From a virus (taxonomy: Duplodnaviria; Caudoviricetes): a stretch of DNA of 64,000 bases. The notes beneath the pieces are model-generated. The model ran no database searches. It was not told where the DNA came from and was given only the letters and a program-made list of their open reading frames with translations. Numbering within the stretch: position 1 is the first letter of the stretch; the number at the start of each line of letters is the position of its first letter. The DNA is taken from positions 1-64,000 of IMG/VR virus record IMGVR_UViG_3300012979_000031. One strand, given 5' to 3'. The position numbers and the translations under genes were made by a program. Shown one piece after another: positions 37,646 to 47,233 of the stretch.

Positions 37646-39991
37646 ATGGCACAATGGAATGAAACTCTTGAGCCTTATATTAAAGTTCAGGAGGAAGTTA
37701 AAACCGCTACTCTAAATCCAACTACAGGTGAGGATTTAATTGTTGGATGTGTTATTTTCGCAGATGCAGGTCCTTCCGTTCCTACACTAATTAGAGGTCA
37801 GAAGGAGTTTAAGTCAGTTTTTGCATCACAAGAAATTACTGAAGATTATATAAACAGCCTGAATAAACTATATGATTGCGGTGAGAAGGGAGATAAAACA
37901 CTTCCAAGTACACTCTGGACTAATGCTTACCGCCTGGCTGGATCTAATACATTACTAGTTGTTCGTGCTGGTAAAAGTAAAGGAGTTAATTTTGTAAAGT
38001 CGGTAGAGAAGAATGATTTTAGTACATATCTTCTTAAGGACGGTGCAGTATTGAAGAAAGTAGAACCATTTAAGATTGTTGTAGATTTCGATGGAGACTC
38101 AGCTGCTCATTCTACAGATGGTTGGTCAGTTAATATTGAAGGTGTAGGTATCATTGGTAATAGAGTAACAGATAATGGTTCTCAATATGATATTCCTGCT
38201 AATAACCTTCCAGAACTAGTAAAGATTCTTAATGAAACTTCTGTATTCTTCTCTCCATCATACAAGTTCTATTCAGATGTTGAAGCTACAGATGCTAATG
38301 AGGTTCCAGCAAGTTCTAGTGAGATTCGTTCTGTAAAATTTGATGAAGTATATCTTGCTAATACTATTCTAGATACAACAGATGAAAGATGCCCTAACGG
38401 AACTTGTTATCTTGTATTCTGTGAGCCTGATTTCAATGAGCCAGATCAGCAAGTTATTAATGAGTTCTTACAAAATAAATCAGGTTTACTAGATGCGAAT
38501 ACAATAGCTAATTTCGATGCCCCAGAGTTTTATGCAATCAATAATTATAATACTGCTTCAGAACTTAGAGTTAGAATTCGTAGATTTAATCATGATGCAG
38601 TAAATACTAATAACATTGGTACATTAACTCAGCTTACTTCTACAGGTCCTTCAGCAGTTGTTCCAGTGAAGGAGGTTCTAGATACATTTACTAAGGGAGG
38701 TACATCAGAGGTTAGTGATTCAGTTAAGAAAAGAGATTTCTTCGAAGTAGCTATCTATGACCCTTCTATATCTAGTGAGGTATTATTCTTCAACATTGGT
38801 AACATTAGCGGTCGTGGAGATGTAACAGTTGATGAGTTTAATAGCCAGATGAGCATGATTGGATTCAACTTACCTAAGGATCTTCATGACTTGGATCTAA
38901 ACTACTCTGGATATGATGCGGATGAGGCTACTTGGGAACTTCTTGTTGATGGACTACCTGCAGGAAAACAAGCTAGTTTCGTTAAGTCAAGCTTTGAGGA
39001 ACTAAATAAGGTAGATAAGACTACTTGGATTGTTGGCGAGACTATTGCTTACGTTGATGGAAATTACTACCTATACGTAACTAATGGTGAGGATCAGATT
39101 TACTGTGACCTTAAGATTGATCCAACAGTTTATAAGATTCTAATGGCTAATGATACTGATCTATTGAATGCTGTTGATCTACTAGAGGAGGATGAGGTTT
39201 ATGTTACAGAAGGTTTGTCAGATCTTGGAAATACTAACGCTTCATTCCAATCTTATGCAGCAAACTTAGCAATCAATGGAAACTACTTCTACCCTATTAG
39301 TACTGTAAACTCTACTAACTACATGACTATTGGCAACTCTATTTCTAAGATTAGCCAGAACTCTTACAAACTATATGCATCTTCTCCTTGGGATCTTGAC
39401 ACTAGTACTCTTGGATGGCCTTGTTACATTTCTCCTAGTGTTCTTTATTGGGAGGCTGTATCAAGAAATCGTAGAAATAATGAAGAGTTCCGTGGAGTTC
39501 TTGGTCAGCAGGGTGGTTTAGTTCAGTATCAGTCTCCTGTAGTTGAGTTTAATAAGAAGACTAGACAGCTACTATTAACAAAGAAAGTAAATACAGCTAC
39601 ATGGGATATTCAGACAAGCAGCTGGATAATGAATGATAACTATACTAAGCAGTCTGAAAATACAATTCTTAGTGATGATGGAAATTCAAGACTACATCTA
39701 AGAATCTCAAAATCTATTCCAGTAATTCTAAAGCAGTTTATTGGAAGAAAGATTACAGATAAGTTGTGTGATGATATTGAGTATACTATCAAATACTTCT
39801 TCCAGACTACAATTCAAAGTTACTCATATACTGTAGATGATTATCAAGTATTCTGTGACTATGATGAAGCTTTGGCACGTCAGAATAAAGTAAAGGTAGT
39901 TATTAATGTAAGATATCATAGAACAGCTAAGTATATCAATGTAATTAACAGAGCATTCGATGTTGGTATGAGTATCGATTCTGCAGAGTAA
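37646..39991 (+). CDS. tail sheath protein
   Basis: EPYIKVQE..GPS.PTLI N-terminus; C-terminal NSRL..I...F.G...L...I...V.V.I......YINV. Confidence 0.8.
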   Translation: MAQWNETLEPYIKVQEEVKTATLNPTTGEDLIVGCVIFADAGPSVPTLIRGQKEFKSVFASQEITEDYINSLNKLYDCGEKGDKTLPSTLWTNAYRLAGSNTLLVVRAGKSKGVNFVKSVEKNDFSTYLLKDGAVLKKVEPFKIVVDFDGDSAAHSTDGWSVNIEGVGIIGNRVTDNGSQYDIPANNLPELVKILNETSVFFSPSYKFYSDVEATDANEVPASSSEIRSVKFDEVYLANTILDTTDERCPNGTCYLVFCEPDFNEPDQQVINEFLQNKSGLLDANTIANFDAPEFYAINNYNTASELRVRIRRFNHDAVNTNNIGTLTQLTSTGPSAVVPVKEVLDTFTKGGTSEVSDSVKKRDFFEVAIYDPSISSEVLFFNIGNISGRGDVTVDEFNSQMSMIGFNLPKDLHDLDLNYSGYDADEATWELLVDGLPAGKQASFVKSSFEELNKVDKTTWIVGETIAYVDGNYYLYVTNGEDQIYCDLKIDPTVYKILMANDTDLLNAVDLLEEDEVYVTEGLSDLGNTNASFQSYAANLAINGNYFYPISTVNSTNYMTIGNSISKISQNSYKLYASSPWDLDTSTLGWPCYISPSVLYWEAVSRNRRNNEEFRGVLGQQGGLVQYQSPVVEFNKKTRQLLLTKKVNTATWDIQTSSWIMNDNYTKQSENTILSDDGNSRLHLRISKSIPVILKQFIGRKITDKLCDDIEYTIKYFFQTTIQSYSYTVDDYQVFCDYDEALARQNKVKVVINVRYHRTAKYINVINRAFDVGMSIDSAE

Positions 39992-40000
39992 TAAAAGATA

Positions 40001-40031
40001 AGAGAGGGACGTAAAAATCCTTCTCTTCTTT
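40001..40031 (+). terminator. intrinsic terminator, exact reverse complement of the 6891-6916 core
   Basis: AGAGAGGGACGTAAAAATCCTTCTCT. Confidence 0.7.
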
Positions 40032-40049
40032 ATTAAACTTTTAGAAATT

Positions 40050-40781
40050 ATGGAGAAAACATTATTAACTGACCTTAAGAAAAAAATATTTATAAGATCT
40101 GCCTTAATAGCTGTAGGTTCGCTAGATGAGATACTAGGGATGAATGATTACTTGTCGGCTGATGAAATCTTACTAGAAATTATAAAAGAAGCTTTAAGAG
40201 AATTTGAAGAGACTAATCCACTAATTCTTGAGATGAAACTAAACAAGGAACAGATGTCAACTTGTTATGGTATGGAAGGATTCTATGAGATTAAGTCAAA
40301 CTTCACTTTATTCCTAGACTGTATGATTTCAGAGGATCAGATAGTACTTGTCCCTAATAGTATGCCAATGTGGAGAAACCTAGGCTCTTATCCAGTAGCA
40401 GGTGGTTATAGTTATTTCTCAGAGTATAGAAGACCTTACATATTCTTAGGTGATCTACCCTCGAATGATCAATTTTATCTGAGAGGAATATGTAGTAGAC
40501 CTATTATTCCAGATTTTTTACCGGACAAAACTTTCAACCCAGAGAGCAATAAAGCAGCAATATACTGGATGAATATTGAAGAAGGTGCTAGAGCTAATTA
40601 TTTCCTAGATCTATGTTTATGCCACTTACTTGATTATATTCGCCAGCTTAAATCTAGTGTACAATTACCAGGAATGTCTATAGATGTTTTTGGTAACGTA
40701 GATTCTGCTTATCAAGAACTTAGAGCTAGAGCTGATCAGGAAAGATTACAATCGGGTTGGTATGGAGATTTATTAATATGA
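40050..40781 (+). CDS. neck/head-tail adaptor-like protein
   Basis: C-terminal VQLPG..ID......YQEL..R resembles T4 gp13; position in the structural module. Confidence 0.5.
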   Translation: MEKTLLTDLKKKIFIRSALIAVGSLDEILGMNDYLSADEILLEIIKEALREFEETNPLILEMKLNKEQMSTCYGMEGFYEIKSNFTLFLDCMISEDQIVLVPNSMPMWRNLGSYPVAGGYSYFSEYRRPYIFLGDLPSNDQFYLRGICSRPIIPDFLPDKTFNPESNKAAIYWMNIEEGARANYFLDLCLCHLLDYIRQLKSSVQLPGMSIDVFGNVDSAYQELRARADQERLQSGWYGDLLI

Positions 40782-41196
40782 TAATACAATACTGAGGCAA
40801 AAACAATATATATCTCTCCCCTCTTTTTCTTTCCCTAAGCCAAATTTAGTAAGTAATATAGGAGAGTCTGTATCAAGTAACATTTACGCTATGAGACAGA
40901 ATGTAGCAGATGCGGCACTTGGAAGAACAGGCTTAAGACTTAAATTAAAACCGACTCAAGTTCAAGCAGCAGAAAGTATGTTAGTTAATAATACAGGACA
41001 AGCAGCGTTAAATGCAGGTGAAAAATTTGCTTATAAACTTGGAGGAGATTCTTTACAAAATACCTATAATAATACAATTAAACCTATGGCTAATAGTACT
41101 GGGTTGAATAATGTTAGTATAAGAGGTGTAGGAAACTCTATGATTGGTATTGGAGGTTCGAGTGGAGATGAAATGATAGGAAACTTTTTAATGTAG
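40778..41196 (+). pseudogene. leader-bearing gene (MIILRQKQY) disrupted by a 5-bp AATAC duplication
   Basis: ATG ATA ATA CAA TAC TGA; removing one AATAC gives MIILRQKQYISL... in frame with ORF 40891..41196. Confidence 0.7.
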
Positions 41197-41311
41197 TATA
41201 TAGAAAGAGAGGGATTTTATAACCTTCTCTTTTTATTTTTCTCTTACCCCGATTGATTTAGGAAAAATAATAGCTTGAACCTTATTTATGATATAATATT
41301 AATGAAACTCT

Positions 41312-41896
41312 ATGATTATATTAAGAAATAAGATGTTTGTCAGCCTAGATAATATATGGAATGATAAAAAAGCACCAAAAAGGACTTTTATCAATAAACT
41401 AAAGCTGACTGCAAAGAATGGACTGAATAACTTAGGGGTAGCGAAAAAGAAAATTTTTAATCCGACCAAGCCCCTAACCCTAGAAGATAAAAGAGGAATT
41501 ATAAAGGAAACTAATTCAAGTCTAGACTATATAAAGAATCTTGGAACTAAACCTACAGAAACTCTTGCAAAATCTGGAGCTAGTATTGTAAAAGAAACTT
41601 TAGAGTCTCCTATTCAAAATTCTATAACAAAAGGAGTAGGATCCATTGGCGTTATAACTACTGGAAATCCTTTAGCTTATAGTCCAGGAGCAGAAACTGT
41701 AGTAAAAGAGACAATAAACGGAGTTCCAGTACTAAAGAAAACAATAGGAGCTGTAGATAATGTGGTAGGTTCTAAGAAATTGGCTAGTAAGATAAATCCA
41801 GAGGCAATAGGTAAAGCTGCTTCTGTTGTTGATAATACTGCTAAAACTGGAATAAAAGGTGGACTTAATTTAGTAAAGAGAATTTTTAAACGATAA
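41312..41896 (+). CDS. leader-bearing basic protein (MIILRNKMFV)
   Basis: Own promoter motif CTTATTTATG at 41281. Confidence 0.7.
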   Translation: MIILRNKMFVSLDNIWNDKKAPKRTFINKLKLTAKNGLNNLGVAKKKIFNPTKPLTLEDKRGIIKETNSSLDYIKNLGTKPTETLAKSGASIVKETLESPIQNSITKGVGSIGVITTGNPLAYSPGAETVVKETINGVPVLKKTIGAVDNVVGSKKLASKINPEAIGKAASVVDNTAKTGIKGGLNLVKRIFKR

Positions 41897-41903
41897 GAAG
41901 TAC

Positions 41904-43175
41904 ATGGGAAAGAGTTATAGAATAAAAAGAAAAAATTTTACAATACCTGAAGGACATTTTACAGGACAGAAAGATATGGAAGAAATACCTAGTCTGTTAA
42001 GTAATGTAGGAAAAGGAGTTATGTATGGATCAGGTATTGGTGCAGGTGTTGGAGCTATAGTCGGACACTTTAATAATGATTCTACTACACTAGGCGGAGC
42101 TATAGATGGCAGTATACAGGGAGCTAAAGTTGGTCTTGCCTCCGGTGTTATGTTAAAGTTCTTCCAAAATTATATGCACAAGCCAATGAAATCTATAAAG
42201 TTCCAAGAAGTAGATCGAGGAATTCGTAGACAGTTTGGTATGTATAGAGTTTCTGGATTATCGGTAGGAGATTCTATTGATAACCGAATGACTATGGATG
42301 AAAAATTTAGCTTCAATGATAGAAATGTAGCTGACTATAAGATTAATATTGCTATTCAAAATGACAGTGTTACTATGTATACTTTCGGAATGGATAATAA
42401 AGAGCTTGACTTGTGTTCTAGTATTCTTGATTTCTATGCACAAAAGTATTTCGGAGTTAACTATAGTTCTAAGCTAATAAATAAAACAGTTAATTCTTAC
42501 AGTATAGATATTACTTTTACAAACTATAATGTAATTACTAACTTTATCATGGAACTTTCTCAGAGATTGCAGACTAAGATTAACTTGATGAATGAGAAAG
42601 CTATTATTCCAGGGAGACTTAGTGATGCAGCGTCTAGTATAGGAGGAGACCAGAAAAATTTTAGTATACCCGAGCTATCAAAAAGTGATGTAGCCAAGAT
42701 ACTCGGGAAAACAGGACAACATATAATAAGTGAGTCTAAGGGTGGCTGCGGATGGAGAAAACTAGGAACTGCTGCATTTATAGGTCTGATTTCTAATACA
42801 CTAGAGAAGATAACTAGCATAGAATCAGCGAAGTACGGATTAAAAAAGCCTAGAAGTGAATATGGTAACTCATTCCTTGGAAAAGAGCTAAAGAAACTAC
42901 ATTACGTCGAGAATACATCATATACAGTTGGAGATGTTGAGGCTTCTGATAATATTGCACTAGTTAATGGAAGATTTATAGTTACTACATACACTGGAAG
43001 CGAGAATCAGAAGAAAATAGATGAATGTTTCTATAATCCATATCAAATGAAAATTAATAAGAGTAACACAGGAGGAGCTACAGTCTATTCTTATGTTATA
43101 GATTCTATTAGCGAATTCGAACTCTTGATTAATAAGCTATTCTCAACTAAAATAAAATTTAACGTATTTATATGA
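41904..43175 (+). CDS. leader + Gly-zipper 2TM + globular domains (MGKSYRIKRKNFT)
   Basis: Internal KNFS splits two modules; NFTIPEGHF resembles NFSIQDGGY of 35953. Confidence 0.7.
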   Translation: MGKSYRIKRKNFTIPEGHFTGQKDMEEIPSLLSNVGKGVMYGSGIGAGVGAIVGHFNNDSTTLGGAIDGSIQGAKVGLASGVMLKFFQNYMHKPMKSIKFQEVDRGIRRQFGMYRVSGLSVGDSIDNRMTMDEKFSFNDRNVADYKINIAIQNDSVTMYTFGMDNKELDLCSSILDFYAQKYFGVNYSSKLINKTVNSYSIDITFTNYNVITNFIMELSQRLQTKINLMNEKAIIPGRLSDAASSIGGDQKNFSIPELSKSDVAKILGKTGQHIISESKGGCGWRKLGTAAFIGLISNTLEKITSIESAKYGLKKPRSEYGNSFLGKELKKLHYVENTSYTVGDVEASDNIALVNGRFIVTTYTGSENQKKIDECFYNPYQMKINKSNTGGATVYSYVIDSISEFELLINKLFSTKIKFNVFI

Positions 43176-43513
43176 TTATTCTTAGAAATAATAAAAATAA
43201 TAGTCCATTTGAGAAGAAACTTGAAGGACAGAAAATTCTAGATTATGAAATATCTGAAGAAATTCCAAAAAATAATATAAGTGTAACCAAAGACTTAGGG
43301 AATTTCAAAGTATTTTTTCCAATCGATTATGAATTTGACCAATATGAAATTTCAGATACTATCAGATTGTCTCAGCCTGATGTAAGGACGAATGCAGAGC
43401 AAGAGTATGATATTATTACTCTATCTACTAATAAGCCAATCAAAGAGACTACATTCTTTAAAGTTCTGAAAAAGATTATTGAAATTGAAGGATTTGTTAC
43501 AATAATTGAATAA
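43172..43513 (+). CDS. protein with partial leader (MIILRNNK)
   Basis: Coupled start. Confidence 0.6.
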   Translation: MIILRNNKNNSPFEKKLEGQKILDYEISEEIPKNNISVTKDLGNFKVFFPIDYEFDQYEISDTIRLSQPDVRTNAEQEYDIITLSTNKPIKETTFFKVLKKIIEIEGFVTIIE

Positions 43514-43518
43514 GGTAT

Positions 43519-43956
43519 ATGTCAGCAGAAAATATGGCCTCTAAAACACTAGATAAGGCTAATCAACTCTATACTATCGGTGCTAAGAATATAAAGTTCT
43601 TGAAAACAGTTAAGGGTACTGATTTTGTTGTTTTACGTCCAAAGGATAACAGTAAATGGAAAAATGTCTTTGGAGGTTCGTATTCTTCCGACAGTACTCT
43701 AGAAAATGATTATGAACAGTTTACAACTACGCTAATTCTCGAACTAAGTGATATGAGAGACGTCTGGAATAGAAACCGTGATATTATTCAAACTATTACA
43801 GATGACGACTCTCTTCAGGTTGGTGATGAACTTCAGTATACAAGAGATAAAATAACCTATAGATTTAAAATTATTCAGAAAAGCTCATTCTCTGAAGCAG
43901 CTAAAGTTATTTTCCAGTATACACTTTCTAGCATAGTTGAAACACTTGATGAATAA
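43519..43956 (+). CDS. putative head-closure/neck protein
   Basis: LQVGD.L.Y....YRFKI stopper-like beta pattern; positional. Confidence 0.4.
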   Translation: MSAENMASKTLDKANQLYTIGAKNIKFLKTVKGTDFVVLRPKDNSKWKNVFGGSYSSDSTLENDYEQFTTTLILELSDMRDVWNRNRDIIQTITDDDSLQVGDELQYTRDKITYRFKIIQKSSFSEAAKVIFQYTLSSIVETLDE

Positions 43957-43961
43957 TAACT

Positions 43962-46900
43962 ATGGCAGACATTTTAAAACAAAATAAAATTCCAGGGAGG
44001 GAACAATTAACTAGACCGTCTGAAATTAGTGCTCTGTCTAAGTATCTTGGAAATATAAAGAAAATACAAGACGAACATACTAAGCTAGATGATAGAATCC
44101 TAGAAGTAAAAGGTCGTGGTGATAAAGCTTATTTTCCAGAACTTAATTCCCTTGATGATTCAGTAGAAATTCTAGAAAATACAGGATCTGCAATTTTACT
44201 TGATGATTCTAGGACTTCAATCCCTGGTAATATTCAAGATAAAATAAAGCTAAATGAAACCGTAATAAAAAACAATATCCCTAATCTTATCGAGGGTTTG
44301 GATGATAGAGTTTCATTAGCCCCAGGAGAAATACCAGAACTTAATTCCCTTGATAACACAGTAATAAAAAATGAGGGTGACTTAAAGAAACTAGAAACCC
44401 TTGATGACTCTGTTACTAAGATACATGTTGAAAATAAAGTTACTGGCCTAGATAATACAGTAATAAAACAACACCCAGAGAATACTATTAAAGAACTTGA
44501 TGACTCTGTAGAAAATCTAGAAGTAAAAAATTTAATAAGCAAACTGGATAATTCTGTTCCCGGACTCAATGTTAATTCTAAGGTACAGTCATTACGAGAT
44601 TCTGTAGAAAAACTAGAAGTACAAGAGAAAGTTTCCGGATTAGAGAAAGAAGTTGTTAAGGGAAATTTTGAGAATAAGGCAGAGGAGTTAAATAATAAGG
44701 TTGAGAGAATTCAGGTTGATGATAATATTGACCTAGATAATACCGTAGAAAATCTTTATATTGAAAATCCTATAGAAAGCTTGGGGGATATAGTTATTAA
44801 GAGATCTAGTAACTTTAACTCCGACATTGATAGCTTGGAGAATACAGTTATAAAGAGGTCTAGTAACTTTAACTCTGACGTTGATAGCTTGGAGAATACG
44901 GTTATAAAGAGGTCTAGTAATTTTAACTTTGATATTGAAGGCCTAGATTCTAGTATTTCTAAGTTAAGTGTCCAGGAACCTATTGATGATCTTGATAATT
45001 CTATAAAAAAGCTAGAAGTCAATGGAACAGTAGATAGCCTAGAGAAATTTAGAATAGAACTAGAAAATACTCCACAAATTACTGAGCTTAATAATGATAT
45101 AGACAGTCTTGATATTGATGGAAAGATAGATAAGATTATTGAAGGGCTTAGAGGTGATGATGATGTTTCAGAATTAGAGGTTGTTTCCAAAGTAGATGAA
45201 TTAATTACTAAGATTCTGAGACTACCAATGGATAAAAAGTTTTCAGAAGCTAAGAAGGCGCTAATAGATGCAGAACGTGAAGGACAACCTATAGATAAAG
45301 CTTTTAATATTGTCATGAAGATGTTGGACGACTACAGAGATAATAGTAGTTCTCCTTGGGTTGTAGATAAAATTAAAAGTATTCTAACCGATGCAATCTT
45401 TAGTTCACCAATAGATAGACCTTTCTCCGGTTATGATTCAACTACAAGAGAGAGATATTCAGTACTTATAAAGAAACTGGAGGAAGCAGTAAATATAGCT
45501 GAAGTATCTTTATGGGAATCTTCTGGAACACGAAATAGAATTAGTCAGGTAGGAGAATTTAAGAAAACTAGAAAAAGAGACGAAGATGATATTGAGATAG
45601 TTCCTTCTTATACATTACCTAATCACAGACTTCCAAAGATAGGCAAAGATTCAACTGTTAATAGTGTACTTTCAGATTTAACGTCGGGAAGCTTATCTGT
45701 TAATGGAATGGATTATGCTCGCTTTAGTATTGAGAAAGGTTTGAAGGATGTAAGAGGTAGTTTAAAGATGCACATACTAAAAGAATCTCTACGTGCAGTT
45801 AATTATCTTAGAGACCTCGGTGAACGTACTCTTGGAATTAACCCGGGTAGACTTCCTGGAACACCTGTAGATGATTCTTCCGTAACTAGTGTAGCAAGAT
45901 CTATTGTAAAAACTTTAAAGAATACAACAGTTCTTCTCAATGATACTAACGCTCTTCATTCAAAACTTAGAAACTCAATAATATCAATAGTAGACCTCTC
46001 ATTGTCGAAGAATAGACCAAAGACTGTTACTACTAAGAGTGGAAAAGTTGAGAAAGTACCTACTAAGAATTATCAAGCGGCTAATAATAGAAAAAGAAAA
46101 ATAGATAATGATAGCCTAGCAATAACATATAAACTACTATCTAATATAAAGTCTGATTTTGATCCAACATTACAGTCAGTAGAAATAGTAGATAGCGATT
46201 ATATAAATTTTGCTAGAAACTATATGTACTCTGAGGGAATTCAAACTACTTTAATGGATCTTTGTAATATAAGTAGTAGTGATATCCCATCAAGTTTTGA
46301 AGAGCTACAAAAAATACTTAGAGAAAGTCCGTATATAACAACCCCAGGTAAATTTGGCAATACTAGTTATAGCGAAAATAGAGCACAGACACTTGCAGTT
46401 ACTAATTATTGGGAAATCTTACTAGAGCCTTTTGTTAACAATGAGATGAATGGAGGCTTTAGTTATTTACCAGCAATTCAAGAGATCAACCTAATAAACC
46501 AGAAGAAACATGGAGTGAATACAGGTTATAATGCTTGGATACCTTTTACTGGTTTTGATATGACTCTTAGTAAATTAAATACAAAGTCTGTCGGGTTGTA
46601 TGATGGAGAAATAGTTTATCCAATATCTTCAGAATTAACAAATGAACTAAGGATAACTATTGCAGATGATATTTATAAGTCATGGAATTGGTACTTTAAA
46701 ACAGTTTCCGATGTTTCTGTTTATAGTTCAGTACCTCACAATAAATATTACTATACCGGACAATCACTAAAATACCCTATTGCTCCAACGTATGTAGATA
46801 AAACTTGTCCTTGTGTAGCTTTATATAAGAACATTACATTTAGGATTAGAATATTTATCATGACACCTCAATACTCTACTATAAAATCTTTTGATCTACT

Positions 46901-47222
46901 TTGTGTATTGAAAGATTGGACAGAGAATTATGTTGGAGATGTTGATACAGGTGGAAGTGGTGATATTAATTTGTCATTTAGTGTTGTAGGTGAGAATCCA
47001 GATAAATATGTTCCACCAGTTAACTTAATAGAGGTGACAAGCAGAGGTCTAGGTAATTCAGAAGATAGACCAGAGGATGATATAGCTACTGAAAAAGATG
47101 TAAATTTAGTAGAAGTAGACTCTAGAGAAAGTGCTTACCTACAAAACGATAAAAGAGTACCTGAGAATACCATTACAGGACCTTCAACCTTAGAGGGAAC
47201 TGATGGAGTAATAGAATTATAA
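43962..47222 (+). CDS. large protein: L-D-x-x-V repeat region plus C-terminal tail-tube-like domain
   Basis: ~17-20-aa degenerate repeats; C-terminal ELRITIADD..WNWY..IRIFI..INLSFSV resembles gp19/gp54. Confidence 0.55.
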   Translation: MADILKQNKIPGREQLTRPSEISALSKYLGNIKKIQDEHTKLDDRILEVKGRGDKAYFPELNSLDDSVEILENTGSAILLDDSRTSIPGNIQDKIKLNETVIKNNIPNLIEGLDDRVSLAPGEIPELNSLDNTVIKNEGDLKKLETLDDSVTKIHVENKVTGLDNTVIKQHPENTIKELDDSVENLEVKNLISKLDNSVPGLNVNSKVQSLRDSVEKLEVQEKVSGLEKEVVKGNFENKAEELNNKVERIQVDDNIDLDNTVENLYIENPIESLGDIVIKRSSNFNSDIDSLENTVIKRSSNFNSDVDSLENTVIKRSSNFNFDIEGLDSSISKLSVQEPIDDLDNSIKKLEVNGTVDSLEKFRIELENTPQITELNNDIDSLDIDGKIDKIIEGLRGDDDVSELEVVSKVDELITKILRLPMDKKFSEAKKALIDAEREGQPIDKAFNIVMKMLDDYRDNSSSPWVVDKIKSILTDAIFSSPIDRPFSGYDSTTRERYSVLIKKLEEAVNIAEVSLWESSGTRNRISQVGEFKKTRKRDEDDIEIVPSYTLPNHRLPKIGKDSTVNSVLSDLTSGSLSVNGMDYARFSIEKGLKDVRGSLKMHILKESLRAVNYLRDLGERTLGINPGRLPGTPVDDSSVTSVARSIVKTLKNTTVLLNDTNALHSKLRNSIISIVDLSLSKNRPKTVTTKSGKVEKVPTKNYQAANNRKRKIDNDSLAITYKLLSNIKSDFDPTLQSVEIVDSDYINFARNYMYSEGIQTTLMDLCNISSSDIPSSFEELQKILRESPYITTPGKFGNTSYSENRAQTLAVTNYWEILLEPFVNNEMNGGFSYLPAIQEINLINQKKHGVNTGYNAWIPFTGFDMTLSKLNTKSVGLYDGEIVYPISSELTNELRITIADDIYKSWNWYFKTVSDVSVYSSVPHNKYYYTGQSLKYPIAPTYVDKTCPCVALYKNITFRIRIFIMTPQYSTIKSFDLLCVLKDWTENYVGDVDTGGSGDINLSFSVVGENPDKYVPPVNLIEVTSRGLGNSEDRPEDDIATEKDVNLVEVDSRESAYLQNDKRVPENTITGPSTLEGTDGVIEL
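44778..44939 (+). repeat. 3 x 54-bp in-frame tandem repeat (SLENTVIKRSSNFNSDVD)
   Basis: Units at 44778, 44832 and 44886. Confidence 0.85.
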
Positions 47223-47233
47223 AATATAGAGAA

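Noticed and set aside
6135-41896. Leader as a Sec, lipoprotein or prepilin signal
   Set aside because: No h-region or lipobox follows, and there is no G|FxxxE pilin pattern; the same motif recurs internally in head proteins
44778-44939. 54-bp repeats as a CRISPR-like array
   Set aside because: Contiguous in-frame coding repeats with no unique spacers
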